64,000 nt of DNA from an uncultured Candidatus Saccharibacteria bacterium (lineage in GTDB: Bacteria; Patescibacteriota; Minisyncoccia; Phycocordibacterales; Phycocordibacteraceae): NCBI GenBank assembly GCA_964634595.1, contig CAZWKU010000001.1:3688-67687 (forward strand), read 5' to 3'. The translations under genes were made by a program, and so were the position numbers. Position 1 is the stretch's first letter. Every line of letters starts with the position of its first letter. This document shows positions 37,264 to 46,703 of the stretch, one piece after another. The notes beneath the pieces were generated by a model. It was not told the origin of the DNA, searched no databases, and saw only the letters and a program-made list of their open reading frames with translations.

Positions 37264-37796
37264 ATGGTTGGTGTAGTAAATACTAGTGCATAGTGGTGCG
37301 GCCCGCCACGAAAATTCTTAACCTTCACAAATCCCGCGCCAATAAAAAGCTCCTCGGCCTCGCGCTCTCCCACCACCGCATCTGCCTTGGGGCCCATGCC
37401 GCCATAGGAGCCCGCCCAATCAACCACAAGAAGCTTTGCTCCCGGCTTTAAGATTCGCCGAATCTCGGCAATGAGCCCTGCGCGGTGCTCAACCTGAAAA
37501 AGGGCATTGGCGAGGATAGCTGCATCCATAGAATGGTCGCGTAACCCTGTCCCACCAGCCTTTTCAATATCGCCCCACACCGGCTCGATAGTGCCTCGAT
37601 GGTGCTTGTGCACACTCTCCTTAATATGCCTGAGCATGTCTTGTCGTACCTCGACCGCGTAGACCTTGCCTTCAGGCCCAACGACCGCAGCGGCCGCATG
37701 CGCATAGTGCCCAGCCCCAGAGCCAAGATCAGCGACCTTCATCCCGTCGCTAAGCGCCATCTGGAGAACATTCTCTCGAGGTTGTGAGAAATGCAT
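37260..37796 (-). CDS. class I SAM-dependent methyltransferase
   Basis: Motif I VADLGSGAGHYAHAAA, motif post-I LLVVDW. First gene of the operon that contains the pilin-like array. Confidence 0.7.
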   Translation of the reverse strand: MHFSQPRENVLQMALSDGMKVADLGSGAGHYAHAAAAVVGPEGKVYAVEVRQDMLRHIKESVHKHHRGTIEPVWGDIEKAGGTGLRDHSMDAAILANALFQVEHRAGLIAEIRRILKPGAKLLVVDWAGSYGGMGPKADAVVGEREAEELFIGAGFVKVKNFRGGPHHYALVFTTPTI

Positions 37797-37828
37797 TACT
37801 ATAAAAATAGCATCTTTAGCAGAGAGTT

Positions 37829-38557
37829 TTGTATACTACACACATGCCGATCTATTGTGAGACACCCGCGCTGGTTGCCAGCTTTGCCGTCGAGCCTATC
37901 AACACATGGAGCAACCTCTTTATCATTGCCGTCGGGCTCCTTGCGATAACCATAGTTGCACGGCGCCCAGGGCGGCCGCATGGGCGGTCGCTCTGGATAC
38001 TTGCTATCCTCCTCACCATAACGGGCGTAGGGTCATTTCTCTGGCACGGGTGGCGAGAGCCAGGCTTCCTTATCCTCGACGCGGTGCCTGGGGCACTCTT
38101 CCTTTTTATCGCGGCATATCTGTGGATGCGGCGTTTTTATTCGCGAACCGTTGCCCTTGTAGGCGTCATCGCCTTTGCGCTTCTTGAGGCACTCTCCGCC
38201 GCCTACGGCGCTGACGCACTCTCACACCAGTACGCCGTCGTGAGCATGGCACCCGTGCTCGCGCTCACCAGCGCTTGGCTTATCGCGCGAACCTACGGTG
38301 AGTCGTTGCGCGCCGCGGCACTTGGCGGTGGCGCACTCGCACTCGCACTTGCCGCAATTTATTTTCGCTCTATTGACCTTTCGGTGTGCGAGACCTTCGC
38401 GATAGGGACGCATTTCATCTGGCACCTACTCCTCTCGCTCTCTGCCCTTTTCACTATTTTGAGCCTTATAGTCATTGACTACTCACGCTACTTTTCAGCA
38501 CGTTCAAAAATCCGCATGGATGTCCACCACCAACCCCCACGACGCAACTCGCGCTGA
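37829..38557 (+). CDS. ceramidase-family (CREST-type) integral membrane hydrolase-like protein
   Basis: Seven predicted TM helices. N-terminal EPINTWSNL matches the alkaline ceramidase signature. Confidence 0.45.
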   Translation: MYTTHMPIYCETPALVASFAVEPINTWSNLFIIAVGLLAITIVARRPGRPHGRSLWILAILLTITGVGSFLWHGWREPGFLILDAVPGALFLFIAAYLWMRRFYSRTVALVGVIAFALLEALSAAYGADALSHQYAVVSMAPVLALTSAWLIARTYGESLRAAALGGGALALALAAIYFRSIDLSVCETFAIGTHFIWHLLLSLSALFTILSLIVIDYSRYFSARSKIRMDVHHQPPRRNSR

Positions 38558-38637
38558 CATATCCACAGCGGTTTTCTGACCGACAGGCGTACACTTATTT
38601 GTGTGCGGACAGATGTTTGGCACGCGACAGGAGAGAT

Positions 38638-38732
38638 GGGAGGTTGGCAGAGAGGCTTAATGCACTCGTTTTCCAAACGAGCGGGTGACGATTAAAGAAA
38701 CCCCGCAGGTTCGAATCCTGTACCTCCCGCCA
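38638..38732 (+). tRNA. tRNA with a class-II (long variable arm) structure and G73, apparent anticodon UCC. Isotype unresolved.
   Basis: GGGAGGT acceptor pairs perfectly with ACCTCCC, then G, then CCA. 3-bp D-stem GCA/TGC. Anticodon stem CTCGT/ACGAG with loop UUUCCAA. 23-nt variable arm. T-arm GCAGG/TTCGAAT/CCTGT. Confidence 0.6.
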
Positions 38733-38819
38733 CTGAAACTCCTGTCACGTGCCAAGGATCCGTCTCTAAATAACTATCTCTCGCGCAGGCCACTTAGGCT
38801 AGCAAATTGCTGTGGATAG

Positions 38820-41291
38820 TTAAAGGGCTACTAGGGAGGCAATGCTGTCGCCCTCGTAGAGCTTCATGATACGGACGCCCTGGGTGGCGCGGCCGAGCGA
38901 GGGAATTTCGGCGACACTGGTGCGGATTACCTGGCCTTTTTTAGAAACAACTACCAGCTCCTCTTCTTTCAGATCGCCCATGATCACGCGCGCGCCGATA
39001 ATCTCGCCCGTTTTCGCCGTTACCTCGGCGGTCTTAATGCCCGAGCCACCGCGACCCTGTATCTTGTACTCGTCTATCTCGGTGTGCTTGCCGTAGCCCT
39101 TTGCCATCACCACCAAGAGGTGTGCGCTCTTAGCCGCGGCAGCAGGTATAACCTCAGCTGAGACGACCTCGTCGCTCTTTTTTACCATGATCCCGCGTAC
39201 GCCCCCGGCAGTGCGGCCCATCTGGCGCACATCTGACTCGTCAAAGCGTATCGACTGCCCTTTCGAAGTCACGAGTGAGACGCTGTCGCCCTCGGCGGCG
39301 AGATTGGCCGAGACGAGCTTGTCGCCACTCTGAAGATTAATCGCGATGATGCCCGAACGACGCACATCGCTAAATGATTTAGCCGCAACTTTCTTAACCG
39401 TACCATCTCTAGTCACCAAAACCACCGAAAGTGCGTCCCATGCCGCCCCCTTTTGCACGGGCAAAATAGAGGTTACCCGCTCCTCACCTGCGAGCGGCAA
39501 AAAGTTCATGATGCTCTTACCCTTAGTCGCGCGCTTGCCTTCGGGGATGTCATACATCTTTGCTTGGTACACCTTGCCGTAGTCAGTAAAGAAGAGGAGG
39601 TCAGCGTGTGCTGAAGCAACCAAGAAATGCGTCACGATATCTTCTTCTTTCGTTGCCATGTCCACCACACCCACGCCACCGCGCTTTTGGCGACGATACT
39701 CATCGGGGTTCGTGCGCTTTACATACCCACCCTGCGTGAGGACAAGCATTGAGTCTTCATCGGGCACCAAGTCTTCAACCGAAATATTCTTTACCCCGCC
39801 CTTTACGATGCGGGTACGACGGTCATCACCATACTTCTCGCTCACCTCCTTGAGCTCGTCCTTTACCACGCCCAAAATCTTTTTCGCAGATGAGAGAATA
39901 TCGGCGAGTTTCTTAATAATGCCTTGCACCTCGGCGAGCTCGTCTTCGATCTTCTTGCGCTCAAGGCCCGCAAGCTTCGATAGGCGCATCTCGAGGATAG
40001 CGGCAGCCTGCAACTCAGAGAACCTAAACTTCTTTTGGAGCTCGAGAGACGCGGTGGGCACGTCCGCAGCTTTTTTTATTATCGCTATAACCTCATCGAT
40101 ATGGTCGAGCGCCTTTGAGAGCCCGAGGAGGATATGCTCACGCGCCTCAGCTTGCTTTAAGTCAAACTCGGTACGACGCTTCACTACCTCGCGGCGGTGC
40201 GCCACAAAATGCTCGAGCATGCTCTTCAATGAGAGTGTCTGCGGCACCCCATCAACCAGCGCAAGCATGTTGTAGTGAAATGCTGACTCGAGCTCGGTAT
40301 ATTTGTAGATGTTATTTAAAACTGCCTGCGGGTGCGCCGTGCCCTTAAGCTCAACCACGACACGGATATCTGCGGTAGACTCGTCGCGCAAATCGCGAAT
40401 ACCCTCGATCTTTTTTTCGTGCACCAACTCGGCAATTCTCGTAATTAGCTCTGCCTTGTTAACGCGATACGGTATCGAGGTTATAATTATTTTCGACTCC
40501 TTTTTGCCGTCATCAACAATCTCAGCTTCGCCCCGCACGATAACCGGCCCCTTGCCATTGGCATAGGCGTGCTTGATATCTGCCTGATTAAACGCGACCC
40601 CTCCGAGCGGGAAATCTGGACCCTTCACAAACTGCAATAAATCTTCAGTAGCCGCGTCTGGAGTGTCTATTAAATGAATAGTGGCCTCTATCACCTCCCT
40701 GAGATTGTGGGGTGGGATGTTGGTTGCCATACCTACCGCAATCCCCAAGGTGCCATTTAAAAGGAGGTTCGGTACTGCCGCAGGTAACACCCTGGGCTCT
40801 TGCCGTGTCGCATCATAGTTTGGATTCCAGGCGACAGTCTCTTTATCAAGATCCTTGAGGAGATCGTCGGCAAGGCGGCTCATTTTTGCCTCGGTATAGC
40901 GCATCGCGGCAGGCGAGTCACCGTCTACAGAGCCGAAGTTACCTTGCCCTAAGACCAGCGGGTAGCGATATGAAAACTCTTGTGCCATTTTGGTCATTGA
41001 GTCATACACGGCGACATCACCGTGTGGGTGATACTTACCAAGCACGTCGCCCACCACCAGCGCCGACTTACGAAATTTTGCTCCGGGCGCAAGCCCGAGT
41101 TCGCGCATCGCGTAGAGGATGCGACGATGAACGGGCTTCAACCCGTCGCGCACGTCGGGCAGGGCGCGCGACGTTATTACCGACATGGCGTAGTCGAGGT
41201 ACGAGGTGCGCATCTCGCCGACAATCGGCTGAGGGATAACTGACCCTCCGCCTTGCGCGCTCGACGCTTCTTTCTCTACTTTCTTAGCCAT
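38820..41291 (-). CDS. gyrA: DNA gyrase subunit A
   Basis: [29 protein letters not shown] with the active-site Tyr region, plus a C-terminal beta-pinwheel. Confidence 0.95.
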   Translation of the reverse strand: MAKKVEKEASSAQGGGSVIPQPIVGEMRTSYLDYAMSVITSRALPDVRDGLKPVHRRILYAMRELGLAPGAKFRKSALVVGDVLGKYHPHGDVAVYDSMTKMAQEFSYRYPLVLGQGNFGSVDGDSPAAMRYTEAKMSRLADDLLKDLDKETVAWNPNYDATRQEPRVLPAAVPNLLLNGTLGIAVGMATNIPPHNLREVIEATIHLIDTPDAATEDLLQFVKGPDFPLGGVAFNQADIKHAYANGKGPVIVRGEAEIVDDGKKESKIIITSIPYRVNKAELITRIAELVHEKKIEGIRDLRDESTADIRVVVELKGTAHPQAVLNNIYKYTELESAFHYNMLALVDGVPQTLSLKSMLEHFVAHRREVVKRRTEFDLKQAEAREHILLGLSKALDHIDEVIAIIKKAADVPTASLELQKKFRFSELQAAAILEMRLSKLAGLERKKIEDELAEVQGIIKKLADILSSAKKILGVVKDELKEVSEKYGDDRRTRIVKGGVKNISVEDLVPDEDSMLVLTQGGYVKRTNPDEYRRQKRGGVGVVDMATKEEDIVTHFLVASAHADLLFFTDYGKVYQAKMYDIPEGKRATKGKSIMNFLPLAGEERVTSILPVQKGAAWDALSVVLVTRDGTVKKVAAKSFSDVRRSGIIAINLQSGDKLVSANLAAEGDSVSLVTSKGQSIRFDESDVRQMGRTAGGVRGIMVKKSDEVVSAEVIPAAAAKSAHLLVVMAKGYGKHTEIDEYKIQGRGGSGIKTAEVTAKTGEIIGARVIMGDLKEEELVVVSKKGQVIRTSVAEIPSLGRATQGVRIMKLYEGDSIASLVAL

Positions 41292-41294
41292 TGG

Positions 41295-41645
41295 TTAAAA
41301 AGGGATGACGGTGGGCTCGCTTGGGGCGATCTGCACCTCTCCTATCTTGCCGGAGTCGGTATCGACAATCTTAATTTGCGCCGGCTTTTGTGTGATGCCA
41401 AGTACGGCCGCGGCGGCCGCGACAGGGCTCGGGGCGGTGGGAGATACCACGTCGGCACTTCGACCATCTTGAGCGGCATCGGCAAATGAGCCACCCTTGA
41501 TAGCAAAGGTGCCGTACGCAAGACTCGAGCTAAGCCAGGTAACCGCAACAACTCCGGTAATCCCTGCGGCAAGCACAAAAGTGAGCCGTCGGAGCTCATG
41601 CTCTGGCTTGTCGCGTAGGGCGTCGAGGCGTGAAGAAAGGCTCAT
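41295..41645 (-). CDS. small membrane-anchored hypothetical protein
   Basis: 116 aa with one TM helix. Lies between gyrA and the MBL-fold gene with 3-4 nt gaps. Confidence 0.4.
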   Translation of the reverse strand: MSLSSRLDALRDKPEHELRRLTFVLAAGITGVVAVTWLSSSLAYGTFAIKGGSFADAAQDGRSADVVSPTAPSPVAAAAAVLGITQKPAQIKIVDTDSGKIGEVQIAPSEPTVIPF

Positions 41646-42286
41646 GGCGTTATGACAATAATATCACCGTCTTTGGCAAGTGCATCCTTCTTTTTAAGGG
41701 TGAGTCTTTCTGTCTTCTCCACACTCCCACCCTCCTCTTTTAGAAATGCCTCCAGTGCTTTAGGAGCACCCATGCCACTCCAGTGGATAGGAACAATAAT
41801 GTGCGGCTCAAGCGACACAGCAAGCTCGTGTGCGGATGCAGGAGAGAGCACGCCGTCAGCTGACGGCCCACCTCCTCCCACCGGTACAAAAAGCACATCA
41901 ATATCGTCGAGCGCTTCTCGTGTCTCTTGGGGGAGTTCTTTTTGGGCAAGTGCCCCAAGATGCACCAGGGTCATGTCTTCGAGAGTAACCACGTACACCG
42001 TATTGAGGGTTTCGTTTGAGCCGCGGGTCAAGAAGCCCTGTATCGTAACGCCTCCGCGCTCGTACTCACCAGGGCCAGTAATAGCGAAGGGCTTCTTCTC
42101 TCCATGGGTCGCTTCTTCAAGCCCATTGTAGTTGGCGTGGTTTTGTGAGACGAGCGCGATGTCTGAACCGAACTTAACGGCAGGCAATGAACCTTGTTTT
42201 GAAATAGGATCGAAGACGATCGTCAGGTCTCCCTGGGTCACCTTGATGCACTGCCCGCCGTGGTGGGTTATGACCATATATAGCAA
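41642..42286 (-). CDS. MBL-fold metallo-hydrolase
   Basis: ITHHGGQC and LVSQNHANY, later HxHxDH-like residues (IVPIHWSGMG). 214 aa. Confidence 0.5.
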   Translation of the reverse strand: MLYMVITHHGGQCIKVTQGDLTIVFDPISKQGSLPAVKFGSDIALVSQNHANYNGLEEATHGEKKPFAITGPGEYERGGVTIQGFLTRGSNETLNTVYVVTLEDMTLVHLGALAQKELPQETREALDDIDVLFVPVGGGGPSADGVLSPASAHELAVSLEPHIIVPIHWSGMGAPKALEAFLKEEGGSVEKTERLTLKKKDALAKDGDIIVITP

Positions 42287-42402
42287 TATTCTATCAAAAA
42301 ACTGACTCTTGTGCTACTCTAGCGTACGGAAGTATCGTGTAGGCTTTCCCATCTCCAACAGGCCTATGCGCTATTTCCATGTGCGTAGTACCGTGGCATG
42401 TG

Positions 42403-42453
42403 CCCCAGCAACCTCCGCCCCCTCCCACAATGGTTGCTGGGGTTTCTTTTTTT
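42403..42453 (+). terminator. orphan plus-strand terminator-like hairpin upstream of rpsA
   Basis: Stem CCCCAGCAACC, about 18-nt loop, stem GGTTGCTGGGG, then TTTCTTTTTTT. No annotated plus-strand gene upstream. Confidence 0.45.
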
Positions 42454-42566
42454 ATCGACCTGTAGTAGAGTAATGGATGTTAAGCGAGCGAGAAGTAGGT
42501 TCGGACTAACCCCCCTGAGCGAAAGCAAAGGGCACCCAAACTGAAAATCAAACGCGGTATTTTAGT

Positions 42567-43691
42567 ATGCAAGAAGAGAAAAGAATGTCGCCCCTGCCGG
42601 CGATAGTTATCGACCCGAGCCATCCGATGGCTCTCCTGATAGAGACCCTCCCCACTCCGCCAAAGGCGGGTGATTTGATCGAGGGTACTATCGTCGCGAT
42701 CGCGCGCGGTCGTATTTACGTAGATATCCCCCCGTTTGGTACGGGCCTCATCTACGGCCGTGAATATTTAAATGCTGCCGACATCCTCCGCAAGGCAAAC
42801 ATGGGCGACACCATTACCGCAAAGGTGGTAGAGCTTGCTGGTCGTGAGGGATACATAGAGCTTTCACTTAAAGAAGCGCGCCAGGCAGCAATATGGGGCG
42901 AGGCCGAGCAGGCAATTGTTGCTGGCACCACCTACACGCTCACCGTCGATGAGGCAAACAAGGGCGGGCTGATCCTCTCGTGGCAAGGTATCCAGGGCTT
43001 TCTCCCTGCCTCCCAGCTTACAAAAGAGCACTACCCGCGTATCACTGATGGTGATAAGGACAAGATTCTCGCTGAGCTCGCAAAGTTTGTGGGCCAAGTG
43101 CTTTCGGTACGCATCATCACTGCAGACGCCAAAGAGAGCAAGCTTATCTTTTCTGAACGCACCGGCGCCGACGACGAAAACAAAGCATCACTTATTGATA
43201 AATATCAGGTGGGAGATGTCTTGCCTGGCGAGATAACGGGCGTTGTTGATTTTGGCGTCTTCGTCCGCGTTGAGCCTGGTCTTGAGGGGCTCGTGCATAT
43301 TAGTGAGCTTGACTGGGGGCTTGTTGAAGACCCACGTACTCTGTACAAAGTGGGCGAGGAGGTTAAGGTAAAAATAATTGAGATTAAGGACGACAAGATC
43401 TCGCTCTCTATAAAAGCGCTTAAGGAGAATCCGTGGCACACCGCCGGCGAGCGCTACACCAAGGGGCAAGAGATACCCGGCGTTATTATTAAGTACAACA
43501 AGCACGGCGCGCTGGCCTCTATCGAAGAGGGCGTCGCGGGGCTAGTGCACGTCAGCGAGTTTGTCTCACCGCAAGAACTACGCGACACCCTTGAGCTTGG
43601 CAGGACGTATCCATTTAAAATTACGCTCTTCGAGCCTAAAGAGCAGCGCATGACGCTCTCCTTCTCTGGCCAGAAGAAAAAAAATAGCTAA
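42567..43691 (+). CDS. rpsA: 30S ribosomal protein S1 (four S1 domains)
   Basis: Repeated S1 motifs (GDVLPGEITGVVDFGVFVRV...GLVHISEL). Confidence 0.9.
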   Translation: MQEEKRMSPLPAIVIDPSHPMALLIETLPTPPKAGDLIEGTIVAIARGRIYVDIPPFGTGLIYGREYLNAADILRKANMGDTITAKVVELAGREGYIELSLKEARQAAIWGEAEQAIVAGTTYTLTVDEANKGGLILSWQGIQGFLPASQLTKEHYPRITDGDKDKILAELAKFVGQVLSVRIITADAKESKLIFSERTGADDENKASLIDKYQVGDVLPGEITGVVDFGVFVRVEPGLEGLVHISELDWGLVEDPRTLYKVGEEVKVKIIEIKDDKISLSIKALKENPWHTAGERYTKGQEIPGVIIKYNKHGALASIEEGVAGLVHVSEFVSPQELRDTLELGRTYPFKITLFEPKEQRMTLSFSGQKKKNS

Positions 43692-43702
43692 CGAGGGACA
43701 GG

Positions 43703-44722
43703 TCAAGACTCGAAAATCACCGTCTGATCAGGGAAAAAGTAGGTGCAGGCTGGAACTATAAATAGTACGGTTTTGTCCTTACACTCACCCGACTTTCTGA
43801 CAAAATTTCCGACCTGTTGATCTCCTCCAAAACCCATGAGTCCGGAGAGAAACGTCTGACGTTCTGTAGACGCATTAATACCATATTTCCTGAAGAAGTC
43901 TCGCGTCTCTTCAAAAAGTTTTTCTGTCCCTTTCTCATGCTCTGCTAAGTATTTGGTTTTGAGTCGAGCAATGTCAATCTGTTGTGTTTGAGTGAGAGGA
44001 GGTCTCGACCAGAGAAAATACTCGAGAAAATATCCATGCACAAAGTGTGTCCAATTTTCAGTAGAAAATGCTGCTCGGTACTCATCTGGCGTGCGATAGG
44101 TGGAAACGGGACCACTCCCTATTTGTGACGTTATGGGGAAATGATTAGCAATATATTTCTTAAACTCTGTACTCGCCGTAACCTCTGCCTCTTGCGTCGC
44201 AGTATACTCTTGCGGAGGCAAAAGTTTCATTGCAATAGTAGAGAAGTCTGGCAAAGTAACCCGAGATATTTGGGACACAACGAGTATGAGTCCTACACTA
44301 TAGAGAAGGATCACGACCACCAAAACACCGGCAGGTTTTATAAAGTCTACTAAAGCAAGAGGGCTTCGTACCAGATTGTTTGATTGGAAAAATTGATACC
44401 CTACTAAAAATACTGTCAGTATGCCTGCCCCAGCAAGAGTCCCAGAAATATAGACCGAGTGCAGGGAAAAAATACTGAGAAAACCATAAACAGCAAGTGT
44501 GGATAACAAATCACCGAAAGAAAATGAGCCGTTATAACTTCCTATCGTATATAATCTAATAAACACTCCGCAAACAATAAAAAAGAGAAGTGAGATGAAT
44601 GCCACCAAACGCTTCCGCTCCTGTGGAGCAAAGAAAATCAAGAGCAATGCATAAAGAAACGGCACCGCGAGAATGAGTAGTGGTTTTGCTGTTAAATAGA
44701 GTGTGCTTTCAGTAACAAACAT
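43703..44722 (-). CDS. polytopic membrane protein, hypothetical
   Basis: 339 aa with an N-terminal half of 6-7 TM helices and a soluble C-terminal domain. Confidence 0.4.
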   Translation of the reverse strand: MFVTESTLYLTAKPLLILAVPFLYALLLIFFAPQERKRLVAFISLLFFIVCGVFIRLYTIGSYNGSFSFGDLLSTLAVYGFLSIFSLHSVYISGTLAGAGILTVFLVGYQFFQSNNLVRSPLALVDFIKPAGVLVVVILLYSVGLILVVSQISRVTLPDFSTIAMKLLPPQEYTATQEAEVTASTEFKKYIANHFPITSQIGSGPVSTYRTPDEYRAAFSTENWTHFVHGYFLEYFLWSRPPLTQTQQIDIARLKTKYLAEHEKGTEKLFEETRDFFRKYGINASTERQTFLSGLMGFGGDQQVGNFVRKSGECKDKTVLFIVPACTYFFPDQTVIFES

Positions 44723-44739
44723 AAAATTATGGTAGCATG

Positions 44740-45348
44740 TTATGGGCGGGTGTTGGCGAGTTGTTGGGCTTTTTCAATCCCTTCAGTAGCCCACACACGT
44801 GCGGCTTCGGCCGCGCGCACGATTACTTTTTGCGCGTCTCTCTTTTCAGTCGGCTTCCAGGTACCTATCACGTGCTTTAGTACCTTCTCCTCCCCCTCAA
44901 CTTTCTTTGCTTGGTTCTTTTTGCCCTCGCCGCTAATGCCAATACGGACACGTACAAACGCCTCAGTTTTAATGGCACGCATAATGCTCTCGATACCCTT
45001 GTGTCCGCCACTCCCCCGACTAAACACCATCTTGAGCACCCCAAGCGGCAAATCTAGGTCGTCTTGTATCACTAGCAGGTTCTTTGCTGCCTTCACACTC
45101 TTTACAAATGCACTCACCGCCTTGCCCGAATTGTTCATAAATGTCTCAGGGAGCATGAGCACTACTTTTTCCTTGCCTGCCCTGCCCTCAGCGACAAGCG
45201 CATTCGCTTTTTTATTCAAAGCAAACTCATCAATCTGCCAGCTGGCGGCCTCTTGCTTAGCTAGCAGCAGTACTGCATCGCGACCCGCATTGTGTCGCGT
45301 GCCTTTGTACTCCCCACCCGGGTTCCCCAACCCTACAATAACAAGCAT
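44740..45348 (-). CDS. pth: peptidyl-tRNA hydrolase
   Basis: MLVIVGLGNPGGEYKGTRHNAG. Confidence 0.9.
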   Translation of the reverse strand: MLVIVGLGNPGGEYKGTRHNAGRDAVLLLAKQEAASWQIDEFALNKKANALVAEGRAGKEKVVLMLPETFMNNSGKAVSAFVKSVKAAKNLLVIQDDLDLPLGVLKMVFSRGSGGHKGIESIMRAIKTEAFVRVRIGISGEGKKNQAKKVEGEEKVLKHVIGTWKPTEKRDAQKVIVRAAEAARVWATEGIEKAQQLANTRP

Positions 45349-45360
45349 GAAGAGAGTATA

Positions 45361-45798
45361 TCAGGCAAGCGAGAGATAGAAAGATTTTTTATGTCTCTCA
45401 AACCTAACATTAAAATTGAGAAAGAAGTCCTGCTGACCCAATATGATATCGAAATTTTTATGCAGATCTTGAATAAAGAGGGTTGAAAAGGTAAATACTT
45501 TATCGAATTCTTCAAACTGCAGATTTACCGGAGCAAGAAACCCTTCTTTCGGATATTCATCAATGCCCACAAGACGCCCCCTAGGTCGACCTTCGGTACT
45601 AACCTCCAGCAATTCTGCAATCGCCATATCCATAACAGTCACTTCAGTACCAGAATCAACCAGCGCTTTAAAACGGCGCGATTTTGTGTTGCTGCTCACC
45701 GCAACATCGATGAGCGGTCTGTAGCAGAAATCTAAAACACCCGCACGCACCTTGGATTGCACCGTATACGCATACCGTTTCTCTTCGTTATCGGTCAT
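45361..45798 (-). CDS. retropepsin-like (clan AA) aspartic protease, module copy 2
   Basis: FKALVDSGTEVTVM (D-S-G-T active-site block) and a later DIILGQQDFFLNF hydrophobic-Gly motif. 145 aa. Confidence 0.6.
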   Translation of the reverse strand: MTDNEEKRYAYTVQSKVRAGVLDFCYRPLIDVAVSSNTKSRRFKALVDSGTEVTVMDMAIAELLEVSTEGRPRGRLVGIDEYPKEGFLAPVNLQFEEFDKVFTFSTLFIQDLHKNFDIILGQQDFFLNFNVRFERHKKSFYLSLA

Positions 45799-45808
45799 GA
45801 CTGAGATT

Positions 45809-46012
45809 TCAGAATGTCAAATACACATCGGATGCGGGAACTTTCATGAAGGTGACATTTTGTCCCTGTACTTTTCTATCGAGCGCCAGCAAATTAGCAT
45901 CATAGGCAATGACTTTCTTGTTGTCTTTTGAGAGCGCAACCCATTTCTGCTCATGCTCTTTGTTCAGGACCTTACTTAAATCTATTGTGTTAAGCATAGG
46001 CCTATCATACAC
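45809..46012 (-). CDS. small partner protein of the aspartic-protease module (copy 2), hypothetical
   Basis: 67 aa, 10 nt upstream of the protease. Homologous to 12191-12436. Confidence 0.5.
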   Translation of the reverse strand: MYDRPMLNTIDLSKVLNKEHEQKWVALSKDNKKVIAYDANLLALDRKVQGQNVTFMKVPASDVYLTF

Positions 46013-46100
46013 CTAATTTGGATGGGCTATTTACAGGTCGCGGCCGCTTCTTTGGCTTAAAAACTTGCGTGTAGTTGTGGGCGAGATACAATAGCGGGCA

Positions 46101-46703
46101 ATGCAACGCTTGCCAGGTGGATTCGTGAAAGACCTTTTCACCCTGGCACTCCTTATTGTTCTCGTAGTCTTGCCTCTGCGACTGTTTGTCATCTCTCCCT
46201 TTGTGGTTGATGGCGAATCCATGCATCCCACATTTCAACACCTTGATTACCTGATCATTGACGAGATCTCGTATCGCTTTAAAGCGCCGGTACGGGGCGA
46301 CGTCATAGTCTTTCGCTATCCACTGAACCCTTCAACTTTTTACATCAAGCGCATTATAGGCCTCCCAGGCGAGACCGTCTCGATTACTCGCGGCAAAGTG
46401 AGTGTCAAAGGCCCCACGGGCACTACTGAGACGCTTACCGAGCCGTACGTCGCGACTGAAGACGCAACCTACACTAAAATCGTCGTGCTTGGCAGCGATG
46501 AATATTTCGTCATGGGCGACAACCGCCCTAATAGCTCTGATTCGCGCCGCTGGGGTGCCCTACCGCGAGAAAATATTGTGGGTAGGGCGCTTGTCCGACT
46601 TCTCCCCGTCACCAATGCAGGATTTTCACCTGGCGCAGGGGCGCCGATATTGAGCGCGAACCTCCCCTTCCCGGGCAGTGAGGTACTGCAACCAACCCTA
46701 TGA
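46101..46703 (+). CDS. lepB: signal peptidase I
   Basis: GESMHPT (catalytic Ser) and GDNRPNSSDSR. Confidence 0.9.
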   Translation: MQRLPGGFVKDLFTLALLIVLVVLPLRLFVISPFVVDGESMHPTFQHLDYLIIDEISYRFKAPVRGDVIVFRYPLNPSTFYIKRIIGLPGETVSITRGKVSVKGPTGTTETLTEPYVATEDATYTKIVVLGSDEYFVMGDNRPNSSDSRRWGALPRENIVGRALVRLLPVTNAGFSPGAGAPILSANLPFPGSEVLQPTL

